Positions 1 through 9,671 of a stretch of DNA of 64,000 nt are shown here, piece after piece. Under the pieces are notes generated by a model, which was not told the DNA's origin, did no database searches, and saw only the letters and a program-made list of their open reading frames with translations. The translations under genes and the position numbers were made by a program. Source of the DNA: a virus; IMG/VR virus record IMGVR_UViG_3300009347_000009, positions 511-64,510 of that record. One strand, written 5' to 3'. Each line of letters begins with the position of its first letter. Positions within the stretch are counted from its first letter, which is position 1.

Positions 1-473
1 AGCTCGCCAGCAGCGTTCCAAACACGCATGCCGTAGTGGTCGTTTGACATCGGGCACCGCTCGGGGTCGGCGGTAATGTACTCCCAGTCGCGAATATACT
101 CCGCGTCGGCGTAGTAGTTGCTCCAGGCCCCGGGCTCACCTGGCATAGCATGGTGCCAAGCGACGGTGAAACCAGTCCACCGCCCCGGACGACCAGTATG
201 AAAAAACGAATGGAAACAGCCCCCGGCCAATTGGCGTGGACACAGAGCAACAATCGGAGCCGACACGCTCGTCACTGGCGAAGAATACGTAACCCGGTAA
301 GTACCGCCAAAAGACCAGTCGGTATAGTTGAGCCGCCCATTCGGCGCGGTGAAATAGCCGCGGACGACGTCTGCCTTCGAGATAACGCCGCGCCGCGCAG
401 GGGCTAAAGTGACGAACTCGTCGTCAATTACCACCACGCCCGAGTCATTTTTCGCAGTGAAGCCGTAAGTCAT
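1..473 (-). CDS. Tail-associated protein, truncated at window edge
   Basis: ATG at 473 overlaps the stop of the upstream gene; open frame MTYGFTAKNDSGVVVIDDEF... to base 1; YG(F/L/M)x(I/V)W-type motifs typical of distal tail genes; absent from ORF track because it has no stop in window. Confidence 0.6.
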   Translation of the reverse strand, partial: MTYGFTAKNDSGVVVIDDEFVTLAPARRGVISKADVVRGYFTAPNGRLNYTDWSFGGTYRVTYSSPVTSVSAPIVALCPRQLAGGCFHSFFHTGRPGRWTGFTVAWHHAMPGEPGAWSNYYADAEYIRDWEYITADPERCPMSNDHYGMRVWNAAGE

Positions 474-817
474 CGTGTCTTCACCAGAACAACATCAAAA
501 ACCATCTTGTAACTCTGCCAGCCGTAGTAGTCGATGGGCCTGAACTCGATGTATCCGTCGCCGACAAACACCGAGGGCATAGAAGTCACATGAACAGCCG
601 AAGAAGGGATAAAACTCACTGCGCCCTCCACAGCGGTTAGGATCGCAGCAACGCCGGTTGCGCGGGCCAAAGGCGCAGCAACGCGGTACGGCGCGCTACG
701 TATAGTGGGGTCCCGGAACTGCATAAAGCCCAGGACACGCGCAGTAAAATCCTTTTCACCGAGAGTTTGCCGCCCGCTACCATCCCATATGCGAAGCCCA
801 TGGGGGATTGGGTTCAT
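470..817 (-). CDS. Tail-associated protein
   Basis: 115 aa, HGLRIWDGSG motif, coupled to the tip protein gene. Confidence 0.6.
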   Translation of the reverse strand: MNPIPHGLRIWDGSGRQTLGEKDFTARVLGFMQFRDPTIRSAPYRVAAPLARATGVAAILTAVEGAVSFIPSSAVHVTSMPSVFVGDGYIEFRPIDYYGWQSYKMVFDVVLVKTR

Positions 818-1944
818 GCTTTCAGGTCCCCAAGTTGGACGCGCTTAACGCCATTGGAGTCGAACACCTTAATGAACGATTCGCGCATTTCCATCCGGCC
901 GCCGGTGCTCGACCCGTTCATAGTCATGCCGCCGTTCTTATCCAGCATCCACCGGGGCTGACCGTTGCTGGCCACCTGCGTGGATTTGATCACCCCACTG
1001 ATATTGGCGTCGGTGACAGTGATCGCATCGGCTTCAATCAGATCCGCGCGAAGCAGCCCGCGCGCATCAGTGACCGGGTTGCCATCGGCGTCTACAACCT
1101 TGCCAAAAGTCACTGCCCCGATCTGACCCGATTGGATCGTGCCCTCGCGGATCATGGCTGTATCAATGTAAGTGACCCCGTCCACCACCATGAATGGTTT
1201 TGTCCGCCCGGCCTGCGGCGAACCGACCCAGAAACGATCGGCCAACACAGCGAAGTCCGCCTGCCGACCGTCATTCACCATACCGAAGCCGCTGGCATAA
1301 CCGGATACATCGAGCTTCACGAAGTAGCTGTTCTTGAGCTCGCCCAAGGTATCTGCGAAACCCGCAGCCAAGTCGCTCTCGTCGATCTGACCACTGATGC
1401 GGTCCATCAGCTCCTTGACGTCGGCAGCCTTCCGCCCGACCACGGGGAGGGAGAACGGACCGAGGCGGCCGAACTCACTGACGAAGCGAATCCAGTACCA
1501 ATACTCGGCATCATCGGTGTCAGTAAGGCGGTCGAAAAAAGTCGTGCCACGTGAGCTATCAATCAGCGTGGCCACCCCGCGGTCATTACTCTCGCCGCGC
1601 CAGATTTCAGCGTATGCGTGGACATTGTAGGCCGTGAACGGATTCTCCCACGCTAGCGACACCCCGCCGAAAATACCCTCGGCCATAACCCCGAGAGGGA
1701 CCGGCGGCGTCACACGAGCGCCCTCTTGAGGTACGACAGAGGGCCCCAACGTGTTGAGCAGCGGCGACTTCACCACGGCAATACCAGCGTCGACCAAGTC
1801 CCGCTTGGTGACAGCCTCCTCCATCGCGTCACCGCGGCGACCGAGACGCACCTCAAGGGCTTCCTTCATTGACGCGAGGAAGGCACGCAGCGCAGGGTCA
1901 GCCGTTCTTGGCGGCTCAGGGATCGGGGCGATGTTCTTACGCAT
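814..1944 (-). CDS. Tail tip / host-specificity J-like protein (DUF1983-like C-terminus)
   Basis: Likely start MRKNIAP at 1944; FnIII-like YWYWIRFV segment; C-terminal ADRFWVG..PFMVVDGVTYIDTAMI and IKVFDSNGVKRVQLG typical of J-like proteins. Confidence 0.7.
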   Translation of the reverse strand: MRKNIAPIPEPPRTADPALRAFLASMKEALEVRLGRRGDAMEEAVTKRDLVDAGIAVVKSPLLNTLGPSVVPQEGARVTPPVPLGVMAEGIFGGVSLAWENPFTAYNVHAYAEIWRGESNDRGVATLIDSSRGTTFFDRLTDTDDAEYWYWIRFVSEFGRLGPFSLPVVGRKAADVKELMDRISGQIDESDLAAGFADTLGELKNSYFVKLDVSGYASGFGMVNDGRQADFAVLADRFWVGSPQAGRTKPFMVVDGVTYIDTAMIREGTIQSGQIGAVTFGKVVDADGNPVTDARGLLRADLIEADAITVTDANISGVIKSTQVASNGQPRWMLDKNGGMTMNGSSTGGRMEMRESFIKVFDSNGVKRVQLGDLKA

Positions 1945-3577
1945 CAGACAACTCCGTCGCGCGTTGGCACAGGGCCACCTCGGTGATACGTCCGGCGCCC
2001 TCCACGCCCAGCTGCCATTCGCCGGCCGTGAAGCCGCCGGCCAATACGAATGGGCGCGCGTCAAAGACTTGGTAGCTGTGCGAAACGCCCCCGGCTTTGA
2101 CCTCCAGTGCCACGGGGTACTGGGTGCTCAGCACCCGACCGATACCGAAGTTCACGTAGGGTGTCTGGAAAATCTTCGAGCGCCACAGGTATGCCGAGCC
2201 CTCGGACGACACGACGTCGAACGCCTGCCCGCTGTTATTGAGCAGCACAGTGGTATCGCGTCGCGCGTCGTAATACGCCTGCCGCAGCGCAGTCGGGAGC
2301 ACGCCCAGATTGGTGAGCTCGACGAGCCCGGTCTGCCCAATCGGATCGAAAGCCCACCAGCTGGAGCCGCGACCAAACACGTACACACCTTCGTGAGCGA
2401 AGGCGACCAGCTCGCCCGGCTTGAAGTCCCGCAGCCAAGCCAGCCGGTCGATAAAGTCGGTGGAGATAATCTCCGCCTCTTGCCCGCTGATGGTCACGAG
2501 GCCGTCTTGGGAGGCGTAGATGACATACCCGCCCATATCCACCATCGACGCGGCGGACATGCACGGCAGGTTGGCGTCTACCTCGACAGGGATCGCGCTG
2601 GCAGGATCTGCACCGAACGCCCAGTACGGCTTGCCGTTAGTCGCGATCAACAGCCCGTTTTGCGTCGGTTTCAGCCCGACGATCTGGTACTTCAAGGTGT
2701 AGCGGTACTGCTCAGGCCACGCATGCGGCAGGCGAGCCTCGGAGTAGCACACGAGGTTGTCGACGAACCCGGCGGCGAAGTTCGACGCCATCGGCACCAT
2801 CTGCTTGAGCGCCGGCGGCGGCACCCAATCGGCCGAAATCAGGGCCTCACCCTCCTCGCCGAAGGGGATGGTGTCCACCCACGAAGCCGTCGCAAGCGGT
2901 ACATCCGCCAGGAACTGCCAAGTCGAGGTGCTGCCGTCGAACGCCGCACGGTAGATACGACGCAACGCGCCAGTGACATTGGTATCCGGCAAAGACTCGG
3001 GGGCGAAGGTCAGGGCCACGCTAAACGCCAGATTGGTCGGAATTTCGGCCACCGCCGAAGGGTTCGATGGTGCGCTCTCATGCCCGTAGGCGTCGACAAA
3101 AGTGAAGATGTAGGCCACGCGGACCAAGTCCGCGGCCTGGCCCTCAGTGAGTGTGTACGCGGGGGTTCCGACCGTCACCTGGAACTGCGGAGTCTTCACG
3201 CCGAGGATGTAGCTGATCGGGTCGATCTTCAAGCTGCCAGGAACGTAGTTGTCCCGCACAGTGAAACGCGGCCCGCCGGCCGTGGTGAAGTAGACGCGCC
3301 CCCACCTGTCACTCGGGGCCATCATGGAGGCGAACGCCTCACCTGTGGTTTCCGCCGTGAACGCCAACCGCGTGTCGTTGTGGGCCGGGCGAAGAATATT
3401 CACCACAGTAGAGTTCAACCCCGTGAACTCGGGTGAAGGAACAACACCGATCGGCGCAGGAGCCAGAGCACCGGACTCAAAGCCCGTGTTCCGCGCCGCC
3501 ACAGCCAGTTTTTCGGCCAGGCGGCGGGGCTCGATCTTGGGGGCCATGCCCCCGAACTCAGTGATGCTGATCTTCAT
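1937..3577 (-). CDS. Tail/virion structural protein (tail stabilisation-like)
   Basis: 546 aa, FGGMAPKIEPRRL N-terminus, beta-rich, position in tail block. Confidence 0.6.
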   Translation of the reverse strand: MKISITEFGGMAPKIEPRRLAEKLAVAARNTGFESGALAPAPIGVVPSPEFTGLNSTVVNILRPAHNDTRLAFTAETTGEAFASMMAPSDRWGRVYFTTAGGPRFTVRDNYVPGSLKIDPISYILGVKTPQFQVTVGTPAYTLTEGQAADLVRVAYIFTFVDAYGHESAPSNPSAVAEIPTNLAFSVALTFAPESLPDTNVTGALRRIYRAAFDGSTSTWQFLADVPLATASWVDTIPFGEEGEALISADWVPPPALKQMVPMASNFAAGFVDNLVCYSEARLPHAWPEQYRYTLKYQIVGLKPTQNGLLIATNGKPYWAFGADPASAIPVEVDANLPCMSAASMVDMGGYVIYASQDGLVTISGQEAEIISTDFIDRLAWLRDFKPGELVAFAHEGVYVFGRGSSWWAFDPIGQTGLVELTNLGVLPTALRQAYYDARRDTTVLLNNSGQAFDVVSSEGSAYLWRSKIFQTPYVNFGIGRVLSTQYPVALEVKAGGVSHSYQVFDARPFVLAGGFTAGEWQLGVEGAGRITEVALCQRATELSDA

Positions 3578-3923
3578 CGAACTTGACCCCGGTGCGCTTG
3601 CTCCAGAACGTCACCGCGGCCTGCTCGATCAGCGCAATGGCGCGACCACCCATGTGCCCGGCCACGCCGGCTAGAGCAGCGGTGGCATAGAAGGAGAACT
3701 GCATTTCGTAGCAGATGAAGGCGGTGATCATCCCGGCGAAAGCCGACACGGTCCATTCGCCAACCAGCTCCATGATCGAGAACGGCGCCTTCGACTTACG
3801 CAAGCGGGACACGTAGCTGGCGGTACCGCCCCACACGGCGATCAGGAAGAACCACAGGAAGCCGAGCCCTGTGGCACCGATCAGCGCGGCGATCTTGTCG
3901 ATGAAGCCCTGATGCTCCCCCAT
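3558..3923 (-). CDS. Holin (LydA-like, about 3 TM segments)
   Basis: Hydrophobic segments, WGGTASY and AGVAGHMGGRAI motifs, adjacent to endolysin. Confidence 0.8.
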   Translation of the reverse strand: MGEHQGFIDKIAALIGATGLGFLWFFLIAVWGGTASYVSRLRKSKAPFSIMELVGEWTVSAFAGMITAFICYEMQFSFYATAALAGVAGHMGGRAIALIEQAAVTFWSKRTGVKFDEDQHH

Positions 3924-4339
3924 TACCACGCCCCTTTACGCATGGCAGTAGCCAGACGATCAGCGCGATCACCGACGTCGTCGGCCCACTTGGAGTCGAG
4001 CATCTGGTTGGCGGCCTCGGTCCAGTCGGAGCGGGACAAAGCGTCGAGGAACTTGCGGAACCCGGCGAGGCGGGTGTAGCCCAGGTTGAACATCATGTTG
4101 ACCAGGACTTCCTGCCGCACATCACTGAGCTGGTCGAAGCTGCGCACCAGCCGGCGGCACTCGCCAGTGGCCTCAGCGATGTCGTTGGTCAGCATCAGGT
4201 CGATTTCCGAGTCCCGCAGACCGCGGTCATCGAGGTTGCGGCCCACGCCGACAGTCAGTTTGCCAGCGGTACAGCGGTACGGTTTGGTCTTGCGCCCTTC
4301 GTCGAGGGACAGGCGAGCGCGCAGGCGTTCGAGGTTCAC
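3923..4339 (-). CDS. Endolysin, T4-type lysozyme (GH24)
   Basis: DEG..KPYRCTAGKLTVGVGRNL; NMMFNLG; MLDSKWA motifs. Confidence 0.9.
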   Translation of the reverse strand: MNLERLRARLSLDEGRKTKPYRCTAGKLTVGVGRNLDDRGLRDSEIDLMLTNDIAEATGECRRLVRSFDQLSDVRQEVLVNMMFNLGYTRLAGFRKFLDALSRSDWTEAANQMLDSKWADDVGDRADRLATAMRKGAW

Positions 4340-4524
4340 TGGGCACCTCCAACGCGGGTGACGGGGTTCACTCGGTTTTTGAAGCCGGCCTCGACGATGG
4401 CAACGACTTGGTCGTCGATGGTGTTGTCGGAACGCTTGGCTGCTTCGCGCAGGCCCAGCAGGATGACCTGTTGGGCGATGGAATTGCTCAGGATCTTGAG
4501 CAGGAAATTAGCAATGAACGACAT
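4336..4524 (-). CDS. Small amphipathic lysis-cassette protein (62 aa)
   Basis: MSFIANFLLKILSNSIAQQVILLGLREAAKRSDNTIDDQVV; GAGGA SD; first gene of lysis cassette. Confidence 0.6.
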   Translation of the reverse strand: MSFIANFLLKILSNSIAQQVILLGLREAAKRSDNTIDDQVVAIVEAGFKNRVNPVTRVGGAQ

Positions 4525-4602
4525 GGTGCGTCCTCGTTTGAGGGCGCTACCGTGCGCTATCAACATCGCTGATATTCTATCGCGAAACCCACACCGCGGC
4601 CA

Positions 4603-5595
4603 TTACCAAGCCAGCTCCTTGTAGACACGACCGGGAGAACTGTCGGCACGGACCCAGGTGTCCCGCCCAGGGTGGAAAAAATCCCCATCGGGGAGCAAAA
4701 CGCCCCCCTCGAAGTTACCAAAACTAGACGTTGTGTCCGTCCATGTGTCCAGGGTTACGTCATAGCGATATACCGATGTTGGGTTGCCGCTGCGGACCCC
4801 CCATGCCAAAACCGTGGTTTGGCTCTCAAGCACGACATGGACCTTGGTTGTTATGCTAGTGTCGCCGGGGGTACCTCCGAATGACGGGTGGCTCGCAACG
4901 GGGGTTAGTGTTCCGGCCGTTATGTCGAGGATGTAAGTAGTGCTGCCGGCCCCCACAACCACTACACGGCCATCGGGGAGAGCAACCACTCCGTAAAGAA
5001 TCGCGGACGGTGTGTTAGAAATCGGCTCGCTCCAGCTGTTAGACACTGGGTCGTACACCAGAACCTCTCGGTTCCTTTCGCTAGGGTTGCCTTGTAGGAT
5101 GCCACTGAACAGCAAGAATCTTCCGTCAGGGAGGCTGCATGCTGATGACCCAGCCTTACGGCCGATCTTATACTCAGTGCCGACAGGTATAGCCGTGTTA
5201 GTCCACACGCCTGGGGTGTACATCCACTCGTCGGGGTCGCCACCTACGGATGGGCGTCTCCACAGGGTTGGGTTACTGCTGGCGTCTATAAGCGTGAAGC
5301 CGCTTGTGGGGGCGTAATGCATGAAATGCTCCGTGGGCGTGATTGGCAATTGCAGCCCAACAGAAGATAGCGACTTAAAAGCCAGATCCCTGCTTTCGGC
5401 CACGAACACCTCGTTTGTCGGGGAGCCACTGAGGAAGTCCCCGCCGGACATTACGATTTTGTCATCCGACATCCGAAGGATATGGGGGGCAGAGCTGTAA
5501 TGAGTCCCTAAAGTCGGATGGACGAACCTACAATTGGCCAGCCCCTTAGCCGCTGGCACGCTCATGGCTTGTCGATTCACCAGCGGGCTGCTCAT
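4603..5595 (-). CDS. Kelch-like beta-propeller protein
   Basis: Repeated LPDGR(F/V)(L/V) and YDP..xxW motifs; lower GC than flanks. Confidence 0.6.
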   Translation of the reverse strand: MSSPLVNRQAMSVPAAKGLANCRFVHPTLGTHYSSAPHILRMSDDKIVMSGGDFLSGSPTNEVFVAESRDLAFKSLSSVGLQLPITPTEHFMHYAPTSGFTLIDASSNPTLWRRPSVGGDPDEWMYTPGVWTNTAIPVGTEYKIGRKAGSSACSLPDGRFLLFSGILQGNPSERNREVLVYDPVSNSWSEPISNTPSAILYGVVALPDGRVVVVGAGSTTYILDITAGTLTPVASHPSFGGTPGDTSITTKVHVVLESQTTVLAWGVRSGNPTSVYRYDVTLDTWTDTTSSFGNFEGGVLLPDGDFFHPGRDTWVRADSSPGRVYKELAW

Positions 5596-6047
5596 GCGTC
5601 ACCCGGCCAAGACACGCCAACTTCGCCCGCGTTGATGCGGTCCTCCAGCGACTGGCGAATACCGATAATCTGGCCAGACAGGGCCGCGTAAGCATTGGCC
5701 TTCGCCAAGATGCGAATGCGAAGCTCGGCAGGGTCAATCCCACGGGCCGTTGCCAGTGCATCGGTCAGTGGTCCGCCGCCTGCAACAGCCTCTGCCTCTT
5801 GTTTGTCCCAGCTCAGGATTTCGCTTTCGGGGTAGCCAGCACGTAGGTCAGCCAACAGCTCGTCACAGCGACGGTTGATCTTCTCCAGCTGCACCTCTCT
5901 GGATGGGGTGAAGCTGTCAATGAACGCCTGCACCTGTACTGGGTCACTGTCCGTGACCCACACCCCGTCGTGCTCATACAGAGAAAGCCCGGCGTCCGCC
6001 AAAGCCTCATGCAGCTCAATACCTTTTTCGGTGTAGTTGATCATCAC
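5592..6047 (-). CDS. Tail fibre assembly chaperone-like protein
   Basis: YPESEILSWDKQEAEA and IIGIRQSLEDRI motifs; directly follows the fibre gene. Confidence 0.7.
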   Translation of the reverse strand: MMINYTEKGIELHEALADAGLSLYEHDGVWVTDSDPVQVQAFIDSFTPSREVQLEKINRRCDELLADLRAGYPESEILSWDKQEAEAVAGGGPLTDALATARGIDPAELRIRILAKANAYAALSGQIIGIRQSLEDRINAGEVGVSWPGDA

Positions 6048-7585
6048 AGCGCCTCAATCAGATAGATGGCCGGGATAGATGTAGCGGCCAAGGCCAAGGG
6101 ACTCGCATTCGCGGGGCCAGGGAGCACATTCGTTGACCCAGCGCTGTAGAGGCAGCTCGTAACAGTCAACAGAGCGTCAGTGAAACCAAGGCAAGCAGAC
6201 TGGCCAGCTACTGCGATGGAGCGAAGTGTGGCCGCAGAGCTGTTGATGAACCCTGCCCAGTAGACGACTCCCGGCTCCAGAACAATGTCGATGCTTGCCG
6301 TCTTGGTCCCGGTTGCACCCGTGTTGATTGCACCCGTAGTGGTGGTAGCCAGCAGAGTACCGGGATGGTCGTAAACAGCGCTTCCATCGTTCGCGTAGAT
6401 GCCCAGAGTACCTGTACCCGCAGACGCCGTGGATACAGACACGCCCATGGAGGACAGCCGAATACGCCGAGGAACATTGAACGGGATGTAGTAAACCCGC
6501 GCAGCAGTCAGCGCCTGAGTGACCAAGGCCGAACCTCCTACTGCCCCCGCAATCAATCGTCGGGCAACCGGAATACGGAGCATCATCGTGTCTGCGGCAG
6601 TCTGTTGTCCGTTGTAAATGACCCAGCCGCCGTTGTTGAGATTGGACATTGCCAGCTGAGTGATTGACCTAGAAGCGGCAGATATAACTGGAGGCTGACC
6701 GCTCTCGAACTTAGTGCCTACAGGCCAGCCCGTTACCGTGTGGCCACCAGTCCCGCCCTGTGTGAACTGGATGATCAGGTCTTTGCGTTTACCTGCCTCA
6801 CCGGCTGGCAGCGTGATGCTAGTGATAGCTTCCGTCAGGGTTACCGCCACAGTCTCGTCGGCGATAGCTGACAAATTCAACGCCCCGGACGCGCTAGTGA
6901 CGGCCACTACTGCACTGCCGCTCGGCAGGTTAATATCCGCCGTGCCATCAAAGGGCACGCCGTTGATAGTGCGCGCGGTTGCCAGCTTGGTGGCAGTCGC
7001 CGCGTTACCGCTGGTGTTCTGATTGCCCGCCGCATCAACACCCGGCAAGTTAATGTTCGCCGTGCCGTCAAACGCCACACCGCCGATGGTGCGCGCGGTT
7101 GCCAGCTTGGTGGCAGTCGCCGCGTTACCGCTGGTGTTCTGATTGCCTGCCGCATTGACACCCGGCAAGTTAATGTTCGCCGTGCCGTCAAACGCCACAC
7201 CGCCGATGGTGCGCGCGGTTGCCAGCTTGGTGGCCGCAGCGGCCGTGGCCGTGGCGTCCAGCTTCAAGGCCAGATCGGCGGCGTAATCGCCAGCGGTCAG
7301 CGACTGGAACAAGAAGCTGTTGACCGCCCAGGTCCGGGCAGTCGTGCCCTCTTTCCCACGAGTAACGCCGCCAAGGGTCGCGGTACCATCACCGTTGTTG
7401 GTCACCGTGGTGTAGCCGACGATTTCCGCCTTGGTCGGGGCCCCCGGCACATCGAGCAGGGTCAAAGTGCCGTCGGCAGGCGGCAGCTGGAACGGGGCAG
7501 AAGGCACCAGGACGGTGAGCGTGGTCTGCGCGGCCGTTGCCGCAAGCGCCAGTTTCAACTGGACGAAGTTCGCGTTATTACTCAT
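6044..7585 (-). CDS. Tail fibre protein
   Basis: ATATKLATARTIGGVAFDGTANI repeats, VTRGKEGTTARTW N-terminal motif. Confidence 0.85.
   Translation of the reverse strand: MSNNANFVQLKLALAATAAQTTLTVLVPSAPFQLPPADGTLTLLDVPGAPTKAEIVGYTTVTNNGDGTATLGGVTRGKEGTTARTWAVNSFLFQSLTAGDYAADLALKLDATATAAAATKLATARTIGGVAFDGTANINLPGVNAAGNQNTSGNAATATKLATARTIGGVAFDGTANINLPGVDAAGNQNTSGNAATATKLATARTINGVPFDGTADINLPSGSAVVAVTSASGALNLSAIADETVAVTLTEAITSITLPAGEAGKRKDLIIQFTQGGTGGHTVTGWPVGTKFESGQPPVISAASRSITQLAMSNLNNGGWVIYNGQQTAADTMMLRIPVARRLIAGAVGGSALVTQALTAARVYYIPFNVPRRIRLSSMGVSVSTASAGTGTLGIYANDGSAVYDHPGTLLATTTTGAINTGATGTKTASIDIVLEPGVVYWAGFINSSAATLRSIAVAGQSACLGFTDALLTVTSCLYSAGSTNVLPGPANASPLALAATSIPAIYLIEAL
6925..7235. repeat. 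About 2.5 tandem copies of a 120-bp (40-aa) fibre repeat
   Basis: Blocks starting at 6961, 7081 and 7201 are near-identical. Confidence 0.9.
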
Positions 7586-7905
7586 TGCTCGCGCACCTTA
7601 ACCTTGAAGTCCACCTCTTTTGCGCGGCCCTGCAACGTGGTGATCAGGACCGTGACGACATAGTCATTGCCGGTACTGCCGCCGCCAACCCAGACCTTGC
7701 ACCACTGCGGGTTGGTCCCGGGCAGCTCGTACTCAGGGAGGACGCCAGGGCCGATTATCAAATCGGAAACGCCGCCCGCCGCGTTGCGATGGGTCACGGA
7801 CACCGTGTTGATTTCGTCCCCCGCAAACTTCTTGAAGTAGTTGCGGAAGCTCACCTCGTAGTCAACGACGTCACGAGGCTGTTGAGTGAAGCTCTTGACG
7901 GCCAT
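7582..7905 (-). CDS. Fibre-tail adaptor-like protein
   Basis: FTQQPRDVVDY...KVWVGGG...YVVTV..TT.QGR motifs. Confidence 0.65.
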   Translation of the reverse strand: MAVKSFTQQPRDVVDYEVSFRNYFKKFAGDEINTVSVTHRNAAGGVSDLIIGPGVLPEYELPGTNPQWCKVWVGGGSTGNDYVVTVLITTLQGRAKEVDFKVKVREQ

Positions 7906-9191
7906 CAGGCAGCCTCCACCAGCGTATCAATGGCGTCGACCGTGACGAGGGTTTCGGGCACCAGGGCCTCAATAAGCGTGTCGGGCACCTCGACCTCGAT
8001 TACGTAGGTCGAAGGGCTCAACGGATTGATCTGGGCGTCGGCGTCAGCCAGCGCGACGCTGAGCGCCGCGCGCCCTGCGCAATTGGCTGTTCGCAACGCC
8101 GCTGCCGCCGCTGCCGCCAGCGCCGCGACCGCACCCGCCGCGGGACGTGTAACTTCGGCCACGGCCGCCTCCGTACCGACTGCCAACAACACACCGCCGG
8201 CGGCAGCTGTACGCAGGATCGCGGCGCCGGGCAGCGCCCGCACGGAACACTGGCCGTTACCCTGCGCATAGCATGTGACCCTGGCGGTGCCTGTCAGCGC
8301 CGCGGAGATAGTGACGCCGCCGACTTGTGTTGTCGGCAACAGGTTGGCGTCACCCGATACCGCGAGGGCTTGTGCCCGTGCCATACCTCTTACCGCACGG
8401 GCCACCTCGGCCCAGGCCGCCGCCATCGCTTTGGCGACAACCAACAGCGTCGGATGAACCAGTACGGTGCCGCCGGCCACTTGAGCGCGAGCTACAACAT
8501 CGCCGAAGCCGTCCTGGTAGCCGACCCCCGCTGCGTGTCGGCGGATACCAGCAATCGGGTTTGCCCACGCTGATGCGACACCCGCACCCGCAGCGAGGTT
8601 GACCGCCGGGAGCGACGTATATGCCAGCGCCCGCGCGGGTGCAGCCCCGTCGGCCTGAACCGACCGCAGGGCGTCACCGGTGGCGGCTGCCCACGCCGAG
8701 GCCGAGCCGCGCCCGACGGGATGGTAGGTACCCCAAACCACAGCCTTGGCCGCCGCCGAGAGCGCCCGCACCAAGGCCCAGTTCTGCGCCAGTGCGGATG
8801 CCTCCACACTCGCGTAGCAGTGGCCGGTGGTGCGCACGCGGCGCGATGCCCAGGCACCAGGAGCAGCCAGAGCCAATACACCGCCCAGCGCCTTGAGGTC
8901 ACATTGCGGTGTGGCAGTAAGCTGGGCCCGCCCGGTCGCCGCGCCGAAGCCGGCTGCACTGAGTTTACTCGCGCCCTGTACAACGCCTCGGGCCAAGGCA
9001 GAACCGGCACCCGCGCGGGTGCGCAGGGCCTGCGCCTGAGTAGCGCCGCGAGCGACGCAAGCTACCATACCGCGTTTGTCGGCCTTCGCCGTCGCCTGTG
9101 CGTTTGCTCGACACGAGGCGCTGCCGGCCGCCAGCACTACCCCCGGAACCGGGGGCATTGCGAACGCGGAACGCCCGAACGTCAGCAGCAC
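7905..9191 (-). CDS. Ala-rich virion protein
   Basis: 428 aa, coupled to neighbours in tail block. Confidence 0.55.
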   Translation of the reverse strand: MLLTFGRSAFAMPPVPGVVLAAGSASCRANAQATAKADKRGMVACVARGATQAQALRTRAGAGSALARGVVQGASKLSAAGFGAATGRAQLTATPQCDLKALGGVLALAAPGAWASRRVRTTGHCYASVEASALAQNWALVRALSAAAKAVVWGTYHPVGRGSASAWAAATGDALRSVQADGAAPARALAYTSLPAVNLAAGAGVASAWANPIAGIRRHAAGVGYQDGFGDVVARAQVAGGTVLVHPTLLVVAKAMAAAWAEVARAVRGMARAQALAVSGDANLLPTTQVGGVTISAALTGTARVTCYAQGNGQCSVRALPGAAILRTAAAGGVLLAVGTEAAVAEVTRPAAGAVAALAAAAAAALRTANCAGRAALSVALADADAQINPLSPSTYVIEVEVPDTLIEALVPETLVTVDAIDTLVEAA

Positions 9192-9202
9192 GGGTTAGTG
9201 CC

Positions 9203-9607
9203 TTACTGCAGAGTGACGGTCAGCGAGCCCACAGGGAACGACAGTACGTCGCTCGGGTCGAGGGTTTTTGCCACCTGGAGCGGCGCGTGGTACAGCAGGT
9301 TGCCACCGGTCTGCGCATCGTAGATCCCCCAGTGAGTGACAGTCACCTGAGAGGCAGTGATCGCGGGGAAGGTCAACGTCCGTACGTTACTGGTCAGGCC
9401 GTTGGCCGGGGCGCTGAAACCGTCAGAGACGGCCGTGGCATGGGCGCGTTGACGCTGGTACGACGGGTCGCCCAGCTCGATACCGGTGGCAGCGTCAGTG
9501 GGGTCGCTGGTGAAAAGGGCGATATAAACGGCGCCGCCCGCGTAGCTGCCGCCGCGCAGGGTGGCATTGACAATGTTGGTTTCCAGATAATCAGAAAAGC
9601 CGGACAT
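9203..9607 (-). CDS. Virion/tail fibre-associated protein
   Basis: MSGFSDYLE...YIALFTSDP...VTHWGIYDAQTGGNLLY conserved phage family pattern. Confidence 0.7.
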   Translation of the reverse strand: MSGFSDYLETNIVNATLRGGSYAGGAVYIALFTSDPTDAATGIELGDPSYQRQRAHATAVSDGFSAPANGLTSNVRTLTFPAITASQVTVTHWGIYDAQTGGNLLYHAPLQVAKTLDPSDVLSFPVGSLTVTLQ

Positions 9608-9671
9608 GGCGTACTCCAAAGAGTGAGCGCCGCCATGCGCCGGTTTGTATAAGCAGTGCTGCTATTTTAGC

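Noticed and set aside
6925..7235. Fibre repeats as DGR template/variable repeats
   Set aside because: In-frame structural repeats, differences not adenine-specific, no reverse transcriptase in window
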